In this document: positions 56,053 through 63,376 of the stretch, piece by piece
How positions within the stretch are numbered: position 1 is the stretch's first letter
How the letters are laid out: each line of letters starts with the position of its first letter
IMG/VR virus record: IMGVR_UViG_3300022602_000024
Location: 124,001-188,000 of that record
Length of the DNA stretch: 64,000 nt
Direction: 5' to 3' (one strand)
The notes under the pieces: generated by a model
Seen by the model: only the letters and a program-made list of their open reading frames with translations
Told to the model about the DNA's origin: nothing
Databases searched by the model: none
Program-made: the position numbers and the translations under genes

Positions 56053-56292
56053 TCAACTCCATTTTAAAATTCTAAATGTCCATAGAGGACTATTAGAATC
56101 AATATCAAACCATAACTGGTTATTTTCAATCCAGACAGTTAGTCCTTTTTGACTGAAATATTCTTGCCCGAATTCCAATAATCTCGGACGGTCGTTACAA
56201 TATTTTTTTCCCTTATTATGAAATTCAACTAGATATTCGGCTATCAAAAAATTTGTAAACCAAGAAGGGCAAGTGTTAAATGGAAATTTCAT
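56053..56292 (-). CDS. Small hypothetical protein
   Basis: Ends FRILKWS; ATGA coupling. Confidence 0.5.
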   Translation of the reverse strand: MKFPFNTCPSWFTNFLIAEYLVEFHNKGKKYCNDRPRLLEFGQEYFSQKGLTVWIENNQLWFDIDSNSPLWTFRILKWS

Positions 56293-56483
56293 TGTTCAAT
56301 TCCGAAATGTTCTCTAATCTCATCGCCCATAGTCCCGCCACCATCTTTCCGTTCACGCAAGATGTTATCTACTCGGCCGGCACATTCCTGGACCAGCAAC
56401 TCGGCCAATTGTTGAGCACGCCCGGCCAACTCTGGAGCCGCATAGCCAGCCTCCAGCATCAATTTTCTTAGGTTTTCGTTCAT
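56289..56483 (-). CDS. MNER-FAELIV-HFGVE family small protein
   Basis: MNENLRKL..LAELLVQEC..EHFGIE. Confidence 0.7.
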   Translation of the reverse strand: MNENLRKLMLEAGYAAPELAGRAQQLAELLVQECAGRVDNILRERKDGGGTMGDEIREHFGIEQ

Positions 56484-56596
56484 CGTCCATCCTTAGCATC
56501 ATTATAGCCCATCAAATAACCCATCACCAAAGCAAACAACATACCCGCAATAGCAATGGCTGTGCCAATGATTGGTCCCAAATTAAATTCATTCAT
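56480..56596 (-). CDS. Small membrane peptide (38 aa)
   Basis: MNEFNLGPIIGTAIAIAGMLF..; coupled to neighbours. Confidence 0.5.
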   Translation of the reverse strand: MNEFNLGPIIGTAIAIAGMLFALVMGYLMGYNDAKDGR

Positions 56597-56765
56597 GCCG
56601 GTCCTTTTCCCAAGGGGTAAATTCGTATCTGTAAAAGGGTAACAGGCCAAACAACCATGTACCAACCTTTACTTGTTTTAATTCTCTATGCTCAACTTCG
56701 GGCCGGTATTGGTCTGGGGTATTTCTAATTCTCGTGAAGTCATCTTGGAAATTTGTTAGATTCAT
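56589..56765 (-). CDS. Small hypothetical protein (58 aa)
   Basis: Manual translation MNLTNFQDDF..WEKDRHE; ATG overlaps upstream stop. Confidence 0.45.
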   Translation of the reverse strand: MNLTNFQDDFTRIRNTPDQYRPEVEHRELKQVKVGTWLFGLLPFYRYEFTPWEKDRHE

Positions 56766-56983
56766 CATTCAACTCCGTAAGATTCTTTAATGGCGTCAAT
56801 CATTTTTTCACAAGCACGGTCATACCCAATAACATAATGTGTATCAGTTGCTGGTTTTCCTCTAACCTCAAAGGCAATGTCTAAACAGTCTCTGACAATC
56901 AACTCGGCGAACTTTTGAATTTCACTGCCAGCAAGAACTACACCACCTGCTTTTTCTGCTAACTCTTTTACTCTTGGATTCAT
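56765..56983 (-). CDS. MNER-FAELIV-HFGVE family small protein
   Basis: MNPRVKELA..KFAELIVRDC..SYGVE. Confidence 0.7.
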   Translation of the reverse strand: MNPRVKELAEKAGGVVLAGSEIQKFAELIVRDCLDIAFEVRGKPATDTHYVIGYDRACEKMIDAIKESYGVE

Positions 56984-57168
56984 TTTTGATCCTTTAAGGT
57001 AATATGCTCAATGATGCCTTTTACTTTATCAGTGGTAATATCTGATAATTGATTAAATGTAAAATGACCTAGCCCAACCTCGTGTAATACTGCGGTGCGT
57101 TGGATAGCATTGGCATTTAATTTGTCCAGGACTTCATTCAATAGTTTTTCTTCATTTGGATTTTTCAT
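56980..57168 (-). CDS. Small hypothetical protein
   Basis: ORF track; ATGA coupling. Confidence 0.5.
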   Translation of the reverse strand: MKNPNEEKLLNEVLDKLNANAIQRTAVLHEVGLGHFTFNQLSDITTDKVKGIIEHITLKDQK

Positions 57169-57626
57169 TTTACACCTTTTATTTTACAGTTATCACCGTG
57201 CCAGCGTTTGTAGTTGGGCACATTAGCAGTATTACCACAATGTGGGCAAGTCATTGTTTCACGCATTGTTTGAGCACCTTTGTTGCGAGCAGGATCTTTC
57301 ATTGCCGCACTATGATCGGGCCTCTCAACTCCTAATGCTTTTAAGTTTGGAACACCTTTTCGTGCTTTACTAATCTTATCTCCAAAACCCTCAGGTTTAG
57401 CAACTCCGGGCCTGCCAATCTGCGGCAACGCCTTGCCTTTGTTAGGATGTTCTTTCCCGGCCATTGAGTTCTTCTCGCCACTCATACGGGCACTTTGGTC
57501 TGCTCTCTTACGCCCTGTAAGTTTTTCTGCCTGCCGGGCATTTCCTATAATTTTTTTATCACTAACATTATGTTTTTTGCTAGATTGTAAGTCCCGCATC
57601 ATTTTATCAAAATCTTTTTTATTCAT
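57165..57626 (-). CDS. NUMOD3-like repeat DNA-binding protein with CPHC..WHGDNC tail
   Basis: RMSGEKNSMAGK, KISKARKG; start moved to 57626. Confidence 0.6.
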   Translation of the reverse strand: MNKKDFDKMMRDLQSSKKHNVSDKKIIGNARQAEKLTGRKRADQSARMSGEKNSMAGKEHPNKGKALPQIGRPGVAKPEGFGDKISKARKGVPNLKALGVERPDHSAAMKDPARNKGAQTMRETMTCPHCGNTANVPNYKRWHGDNCKIKGVK

Positions 57627-57627
57627 A

Positions 57628-58500
57628 TTAAGCCTTTTGTTTTTCCCAACGGGCACGATAATCTTTTTTGTTTGGATACTTTGCCATATAACGCCATAAC
57701 TTATCCTCAACAAATCTTACACTTGTTTCTTTAGCATTTGTCCAGTTATCCCATAGCCAATCTAGCATCTCTGCTTTTTGTTCTTCTGTTGCCCCTGGGC
57801 ACATTGTTGTGTTCCAAACAACATCAGCAATCCACCCCCAGTATGTCTCACGATCCATGAGCAAATCCTCGTAAGTGACTCGACTGTAAATAGCGTGCCT
57901 GTTATTCAACGGAATCCATTTTGGACTTCCAGCAGGATATTGTGCTAAATCTTGAGCCGTGGCCAATGGAGTATTCATTGTAAAAATAAACTTTACTCTA
58001 CCATTAAATGGAATAACAAATCCAGTTCTTGTTGGGTCAAGGTCTTTCCAGTGCTGAATTGCGGCTTGTTCAATTTCTTCTGCCTGAGTAACCTGACTTC
58101 CTAAACTTGTGTTATATTCTAAACGATCACCAGAATTCTTATCCATAGCAATCTTAAACATATCTAAAAAGCCTTTGCTTGGTGTAAATAAATCATTCAT
58201 ATCATCAATGTATACTGCCAAGAATTCATTAGGTTGTAACAAATAAACACCAACTGCAATACTTTTAACAAACGCCCAGGGTTTCATATCACCTTTAAGC
58301 GTAATCATTTTTGTATTTTTTTGGTCTGCGGTGTCTTCCACAGTCCAACTTTTTCCAACACCCGGTTGGCCAGCAATGTATAAATTATGGTCTTGGTCGT
58401 CAAAAAATTCATCTACTGCACTAACAAAAAGACGCCTATAATCTTGCCCTTTTAGTAAAAATGCTTGATGTTGTGCCCCAAAATAGTCAGAAAAAGACAT
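57628..58500 (-). CDS. P-loop (AAA-like) ATPase
   Basis: IAGQPGVGKS; VYIDD; FIFTMN. Confidence 0.65.
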   Translation of the reverse strand: MSFSDYFGAQHQAFLLKGQDYRRLFVSAVDEFFDDQDHNLYIAGQPGVGKSWTVEDTADQKNTKMITLKGDMKPWAFVKSIAVGVYLLQPNEFLAVYIDDMNDLFTPSKGFLDMFKIAMDKNSGDRLEYNTSLGSQVTQAEEIEQAAIQHWKDLDPTRTGFVIPFNGRVKFIFTMNTPLATAQDLAQYPAGSPKWIPLNNRHAIYSRVTYEDLLMDRETYWGWIADVVWNTTMCPGATEEQKAEMLDWLWDNWTNAKETSVRFVEDKLWRYMAKYPNKKDYRARWEKQKA

Positions 58501-58529
58501 TTTACTTTCCTTTAGTTAAACAATAAGTT

Positions 58530-58558
58530 ATTATAGCATTATTCGGATTTTGAGTCAA
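58530..58558 (-). promoter_or_regulatory. Sigma70-type promoter TTGACT-17-TATAAT
   Basis: Exact spacing upstream of the ATPase. Confidence 0.75.
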
Positions 58559-58754
58559 GACCCCAGTGTTGTAAAACCACAACAGGGTCACTACACAATA
58601 AGGCACATTCCCGCACAATCAACTCGGCGAACTTTTTGTAATCTTCTAATCTTGGATACTTAAAATCACCATCGTTTATATTAGATTCATTTGTCATCCA
58701 GTTGTGATAATTTAATCCAGCCTCATCAGCAAGTTGTCGAATTCGTTCGTTCAT
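58539..58754 (-). CDS. MNER-FAELIV family small protein, variant C-terminus
   Basis: MNERIRQLA..KFAELIVRECA. Confidence 0.7.
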   Translation of the reverse strand: MNERIRQLADEAGLNYHNWMTNESNINDGDFKYPRLEDYKKFAELIVRECALLCSDPVVVLQHWGLDSKSE

Positions 58755-58757
58755 TCT

Positions 58758-58871
58758 TCAACTCCGAAATGTTCTTTTAAGTATATTACTAATGCCAACA
58801 AATACAAAAATAATTGGCAAAACTAATAAACCAATAACGACCATCCACCAAGGCATATCTCGTTCGTTCAT
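58758..58871 (-). CDS. 37-aa membrane peptide with MNER start and family terminal DNA read in a shifted frame
   Basis: Manual translation MNERDMPWWMVVIGLLVLPIIFVFVGISNILKRTFRS. Confidence 0.6.
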   Translation of the reverse strand: MNERDMPWWMVVIGLLVLPIIFVFVGISNILKRTFRS

Positions 58872-59119
58872 GGATTATTCCCAAAATAAGTGCTACGGTT
58901 TCTCAGTTGTTGATTAATACCGGATTCTTCAACTCCGAAATGTTTCAACAAAAATTCTAAATCAGGATGTCCTCTATGAAAGGCAGTATCAATACATTCT
59001 TTCACAATCAACTCGGCGAACTTTTCTTTGTCAAAGACTTCAATGTCGTGTTTTCCTTCAACGAGCACTTCTTTGTATGAAGTGGCCTGTTCAGCAAGTT
59101 CTTTAATTCGTTCGTTCAT
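58868..59119 (-). CDS. MNER-FAELIV-HFGVE family small protein
   Basis: MNERIKELA..KFAELIVKEC..KHFGVEE plus extension. Confidence 0.7.
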   Translation of the reverse strand: MNERIKELAEQATSYKEVLVEGKHDIEVFDKEKFAELIVKECIDTAFHRGHPDLEFLLKHFGVEESGINQQLRNRSTYFGNNP

Positions 59120-59361
59120 AGTTCAACTCCAAAATGTTTTTTCATGTCTTCGTAAGTAAAGTCAATGGCTCGATCCCATTCAACACCATCCCCATTGCCC
59201 CCTCCAAGTTGTTTTTCAACAACTTCCATACATTCCCGAACAATCAACTCGGCAAACTTGTCCTTTAGTATTGATAACTGAGAATGGGTCAGTGTAGTCC
59301 AAGTTTCTGGTATAGATTGATCCATAGCCTGTCCAAATAGTTTATTGATTCGTTCGTTCAT
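59116..59361 (-). CDS. MNER-FAELIV-HFGVE family small protein
   Basis: MNERINKL..KFAELIVREC..KHFGVEL. Confidence 0.7.
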   Translation of the reverse strand: MNERINKLFGQAMDQSIPETWTTLTHSQLSILKDKFAELIVRECMEVVEKQLGGGNGDGVEWDRAIDFTYEDMKKHFGVEL

Positions 59362-59403
59362 AGTCTGACTCCTTGTATGTATTATAGCACATTTTTTGTA
59401 TCG

Positions 59404-59658
59404 TTACCCCCAACGTAGCAGAAAAGCCACAAGATCTTGTTCATCTTTGAACTCAAATATGCCTTCGCTGACAAAACGCCAGCGTGATGGACTGTCGTGT
59501 GAACGCATTTCGCCAAATTGGTGCGTACACCATTCCAAACAGGGTCGCCAGCCTTGATATCTGTACTTGCCGTTGATGGTTTCGTCTGTTGGCGGTGCCA
59601 CACTGGCCACGTGCCATCGACTCAATTTGTTCATCATAGCCACATCAAACTGAACCAA
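59404..59658 (-). CDS. Small protein, WC..F-L-x-W family
   Basis: EWCTHQFG..FEFKDEQDLVAFLLRWG. Confidence 0.6.
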   Translation of the reverse strand: MVQFDVAMMNKLSRWHVASVAPPTDETINGKYRYQGWRPCLEWCTHQFGEMRSHDSPSRWRFVSEGIFEFKDEQDLVAFLLRWG

Positions 59659-59888
59659 ACCGCCGATTTTTCTTCGGCAAAGTAAAAGGTTGTATTACGA
59701 AAATTCGCATTCCAATGCCAAGGTCTATCATCGTCAACTGTGTCTTTGGTTGGTGCTTCCTTACCAATGTTACGACAACACCAATCTACCATCCTGGAGA
59801 TTTTTAGGCCCGATACAGTCACTTGGGCCGCTATCATGCCCACTTTAACAAAAATGCAGTCATATCTTCGGGAGTCCGAAACCGCCAC
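59634..59888 (-). CDS. Small protein, WC..F-L-x-W family
   Basis: DWCCRNIG..FYFAEEKSAVWFSLMW. Confidence 0.6.
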   Translation of the reverse strand: MAVSDSRRYDCIFVKVGMIAAQVTVSGLKISRMVDWCCRNIGKEAPTKDTVDDDRPWHWNANFRNTTFYFAEEKSAVWFSLMWL

Positions 59889-60121
59889 ATGTTGAAACTG
59901 ATCCTAATACCGCAACCAGTTTCTTTACTCCATTCATGTATAGGGTCCATGTCTGATTCGTTCAAGCCCATTTCCAAGCCACGTGGACCCGGAGTCCAGT
60001 TTGCCCGCAGTTTAAATCCAGGTAGTCTTTCCCATTCTATCTTAATCGGTTTTCTTGCCATATTGTACTTTCCACCATTAAATTCTCTGCAAAACTTTTC
60101 TGAAAACGCAATCATAGCCAC
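59834..60121 (-). CDS. Small protein, WC..F-L-x-W family
   Basis: EWSKETG..WRFRTPEDMTAFLLKWA. Confidence 0.6.
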   Translation of the reverse strand: MAMIAFSEKFCREFNGGKYNMARKPIKIEWERLPGFKLRANWTPGPRGLEMGLNESDMDPIHEWSKETGCGIRISFNMWRFRTPEDMTAFLLKWA

Positions 60122-60342
60122 CTTAACGAAAACAATACAAAGGTCTGTTCATCTGGCAGTTCCACAGTCATGCCCACCACTTGGCCTTGATGTAGTCGAC
60201 ACCATTCTTCAAGTTCATGGTAGTGATCAATCCAATAGGCCGTATCTGTTAAGACCAATATGATGTTTTCGCTTTCCACATACACATTGTTGGCAACAAC
60301 AAACCGAACATTTTTCCAACTCTCAAATACATCTTCATTCAC
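60112..60342 (-). CDS. Small protein, WC..F-L-x-W family
   Basis: EWCRLHQG..PDEQTFVLFSLRW. Confidence 0.6.
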   Translation of the reverse strand: MNEDVFESWKNVRFVVANNVYVESENIILVLTDTAYWIDHYHELEEWCRLHQGQVVGMTVELPDEQTFVLFSLRWL

Positions 60343-60646
60343 GATCTAAATACCTTAAGCGGAACCAAGTTTCTTTGGCATCATCATAAAAGTCCAAACA
60401 AACAACATCCTTGTGGATATTCTCCCTGTGGAACTTACGATTCTGTTCAGTATCATGCCAAATATTATCACTGCGGTCGTAGTCATCGAGCTCTTGGGCT
60501 GTTCTGGGTGTGTATCCCGAATGTCTGCGGACAGTAAAGCCTAACTCACGCCGCATGACGTCACGAATCAGCAGGTGACTCGGTGGCCAATCCTTGGCAA
60601 GGCGATTGTAAATATCGGCCCATTCTTTATCGTTTAGCGTGACCAT
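60335..60646 (-). CDS. Small protein, F-L-x-W/Y family
   Basis: LDFYDDAKETWFRLRY. Confidence 0.55.
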   Translation of the reverse strand: MVTLNDKEWADIYNRLAKDWPPSHLLIRDVMRRELGFTVRRHSGYTPRTAQELDDYDRSDNIWHDTEQNRKFHRENIHKDVVCLDFYDDAKETWFRLRYLDRE

Positions 60647-60813
60647 CTCAGTGCAAAATGTGTAGCATGTTCAGGTTGTCGGAATTTGAATGTCCAATTC
60701 CAACTGGGGAATTGATTATCAATTGCAAAGTTTTCAAATCCAACGTGTTCTTGACACCATTGGATAGCATCATGAACACTGGTTTTACCATCTCTTATAG
60801 TTACAGTAGTCAT
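60634..60813 (-). CDS. Small protein (59 aa), WC..F-L-x-W family
   Basis: Manual translation ..QWCQEHVG..FKFRQPEHATHFALRW; directly after promoter. Confidence 0.6.
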   Translation of the reverse strand: MTTVTIRDGKTSVHDAIQWCQEHVGFENFAIDNQFPSWNWTFKFRQPEHATHFALRWSR

Positions 60814-60818
60814 ACTAT

Positions 60819-60847
60819 ATTATAACATATTTGTCTTTATTGGTCAA
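60819..60847 (-). promoter_or_regulatory. Sigma70-type promoter TTGACC-17-TATAAT
   Basis: Exact spacing; heads the small-gene array. Confidence 0.8.
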
Positions 60848-61353
60848 TCGCGTCGCAGTATATCCCAAGCACGCTTCTTTTCCAGGTATTCAGCCAATTT
60901 GGTTCGATATTCATCAGCCAGGTGCCGTAGTTCTTCAAAGTCATTTTCAAGTTCGGTATTGCGAACCAAAGTACTAGGAATTCGTAACTGCTCTTTGATT
61001 TCTTTCAGTGCATCCATTAGACTTTCGCCATTTACTCGAATGTCGGCGTTTTCGCCCTGTAATTCAATGGTACCACTGGGATGAGCCGCAATCGCAGTGG
61101 TTGCCCAAGAACTGGACCCATTACCAATCACATATGGATTGTAAGAATAACCGGGTGCAGCCCCTACGCTGAGTCCCCCGATCCCACCAGTATAGCCATA
61201 TGAGGCACTCATGCTGGCCAAGTCAATCGTAGCCCCTATGTCCGATATAGTGATAGTATCTACTGTGTCTGTATCTGTTGTTAAGGTTATGTTTGATGTA
61301 GTCATAAAAAAGCCTATACGGTTAAGTATAGGCAGTTTGTTGAGAGATGTCAA
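60844..61353 (-). CDS. Hypothetical protein
   Basis: ORF track; true start likely internal (MTTSNI). Confidence 0.55.
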   Translation of the reverse strand: MTSLNKLPILNRIGFFMTTSNITLTTDTDTVDTITISDIGATIDLASMSASYGYTGGIGGLSVGAAPGYSYNPYVIGNGSSSWATTAIAAHPSGTIELQGENADIRVNGESLMDALKEIKEQLRIPSTLVRNTELENDFEELRHLADEYRTKLAEYLEKKRAWDILRRD

Positions 61354-61362
61354 CTGTTTAGA

Positions 61363-61911
61363 TTAGAAACTAAAGCCAACACCTAAACCATATGCGTTCT
61401 CAGTAATAGTTTGGTAACTCTTACTTGCGTTGATGTTAACTGCAACACCTTTAGCAACTGGAATGCTGTATGTAGCATAAGCAACTGATTGCTTTGGATT
61501 TGTACTACCTGCGTCATTTACACGAGTTTTAGCACCGACCAATGCAAAACCAGGACCTGCTTTTACACCAACTTGTGCGCCAAGCAAACCGTAGTTGTAA
61601 TGACTTGTTGGTTTTCCGCTAACACCATTGTCGTAGCCTAGGCCAACGTATGGTTGAACGATACCGATGTTTTTACCAACTGTGGTTTCGATACTGGTGA
61701 ATGTACCGCCACCGCCTTGATAAACAGCAGTACGGTCTTGAATACCAAACTGTAAGCCGGCAATTTCTTTACCAGCACGTAAGTATTCGGCGGTGCTCAA
61801 CTGTTTAGTTGTTGTATCTCTAACGTGATCAATGTCAAAAGACAAATAGTCTGCAGCCATGCTAGTTACAGATGCTAGTGCAATCAAAGATGCAATTGCG
61901 ATTTTCTTCAT
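61363..61911 (-). CDS. Putative outer-membrane beta-barrel protein
   Basis: Sec signal MKKIAIASLIALASVTSMA; alternating beta strands; C-terminal GLGVGFSF. Confidence 0.7.
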   Translation of the reverse strand: MKKIAIASLIALASVTSMAADYLSFDIDHVRDTTTKQLSTAEYLRAGKEIAGLQFGIQDRTAVYQGGGGTFTSIETTVGKNIGIVQPYVGLGYDNGVSGKPTSHYNYGLLGAQVGVKAGPGFALVGAKTRVNDAGSTNPKQSVAYATYSIPVAKGVAVNINASKSYQTITENAYGLGVGFSF

Positions 61912-62014
61912 TTTTTAATTTCCTTTAAAATAAGTCTACTGACTTGTACTATTATTTATATACCAATGGGTATATATGTTTAAAATAACTCCAAAAGACA
62001 CCAATTACGGATAT

Positions 62015-62857
62015 CTACAGGGTTATTTCGAACTCCTGAGGATTGAACTCTTCGGCTCTTTCCTCGTATCCTTTGTAGCCACGCGGGTTGCACACAATGC
62101 GGCATTCACCAATGGTGTAATCAAACTTGCTATGAGTATGACCATGTGTCCAAAGTTGTATCTCTGGATGATCTAAAATAAACTCACTTAGGTCACTGCT
62201 ATAAGCACCATTCATAATGGTTTCGTTAACATAGCGTGGATGTGTACTCGCCTTGCTGGGACTATGATGTGTTACCACTACCACTGGATTGGTTAGACCT
62301 GCTGCTCGACGTTCTGTTAAAGTCTTCTTGAAGTAGGCCATAGTTTGATGGTGATCCGCCATGGTACGCTCGGGCTGTAATCTAAAATAATTGCCATTGG
62401 TTTTGGCAGTGATCTGGCGATAATCATTCATCATTGACCTCATTTGCCAAAGTGTAATTTCATCTCCGCGATTCATATCAGTCCAAAGTGTAGCACCCAT
62501 AAAAGTAACGCCATCTAATTCATATGTTTCATTTTCTAACAAATGAACATTATCAGGTAACTGACTACGGATATGATCGTAGGTTTTGTGATACTTAAAC
62601 CCATAGTGTTCATGATTGCCCATAACCATGATGGTCTCGCGATACTTGCGGCCACACTCTTCTTCTAAGAATCTGTAGAAACGATCTGGTCTATGATCTG
62701 CACGCTCATGCTCCAACAACACCATGTTGGGATTGTACTCGGCTTTTCGAATACTCTTTGCTTCGCACAGGTCTCCTGAAATAATCAGCACATCGCCGCC
62801 GGGTAATGTCAGATCAGCAAAGTCCAAATGGAGGTCAGAGATTACATTTATTTTCAT
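62015..62857 (-). CDS. Calcineurin-like metallophosphoesterase
   Basis: SDLH, GD, GNHE, THH, HGHTH. Confidence 0.9.
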   Translation of the reverse strand: MKINVISDLHLDFADLTLPGGDVLIISGDLCEAKSIRKAEYNPNMVLLEHERADHRPDRFYRFLEEECGRKYRETIMVMGNHEHYGFKYHKTYDHIRSQLPDNVHLLENETYELDGVTFMGATLWTDMNRGDEITLWQMRSMMNDYRQITAKTNGNYFRLQPERTMADHHQTMAYFKKTLTERRAAGLTNPVVVVTHHSPSKASTHPRYVNETIMNGAYSSDLSEFILDHPEIQLWTHGHTHSKFDYTIGECRIVCNPRGYKGYEERAEEFNPQEFEITL

Positions 62858-62863
62858 ATAGGT

Positions 62864-62892
62864 ATTTTAGCACAAGTTGTGCTGAAGGTCAA
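62864..62892 (-). promoter_or_regulatory. Sigma70-type promoter TTGACC-17-TAAAAT
   Basis: Exact spacing; extended -10 TG. Confidence 0.7.
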
Positions 62893-63254
62893 TCGAAATA
62901 ACGCTTGGTTTGGACAATCCAGCCAATTTTGGCTATGTCCGTTTCCACTTCGGGTGTGATATAACTTTCTTCTACAAATCCATCAAAGTCTGTTCCGCTA
63001 AATCCAGTGCCGGAACAATACCAGTTATGGTAGCTATCATCTTCCCGTATTTCGGATATCATTACTGCGGCATGACTCCAACTGCAATCCCATTGAATGT
63101 TTTTCAATATGGCCCATACATCCTTGGGAGAATACAGGTTATTGCACAGGGCAGCATATAAATTTTGAGCGTAAATTTCCCGATGCCGTACTTTATCAAT
63201 GATCCAGTTGGCACCACGTATATCGCGTTCTAGATTAAAAACACGTCTGCTCAT
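62889..63254 (-). CDS. Phage hypothetical protein
   Basis: YAQNLYAALCNN..YHNWYCSG. Confidence 0.6.
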   Translation of the reverse strand: MSRRVFNLERDIRGANWIIDKVRHREIYAQNLYAALCNNLYSPKDVWAILKNIQWDCSWSHAAVMISEIREDDSYHNWYCSGTGFSGTDFDGFVEESYITPEVETDIAKIGWIVQTKRYFD

Positions 63255-63376
63255 AATAGTATTTACATCGTTTATTAAAAAATACCAAAGACATAAATAA
63301 TATTATAATTCAACACAATAGTGCGGCTCGGTCCGATACACATTCGATAAATATTACTAATACACAGGAGTATCCT

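Noticed and set aside
59381-59409. Full sigma70 promoters at 59381 and 40137
   Set aside because: TGCTATAAT extended -10 is present but no -35 at 17 bp; not listed as features.
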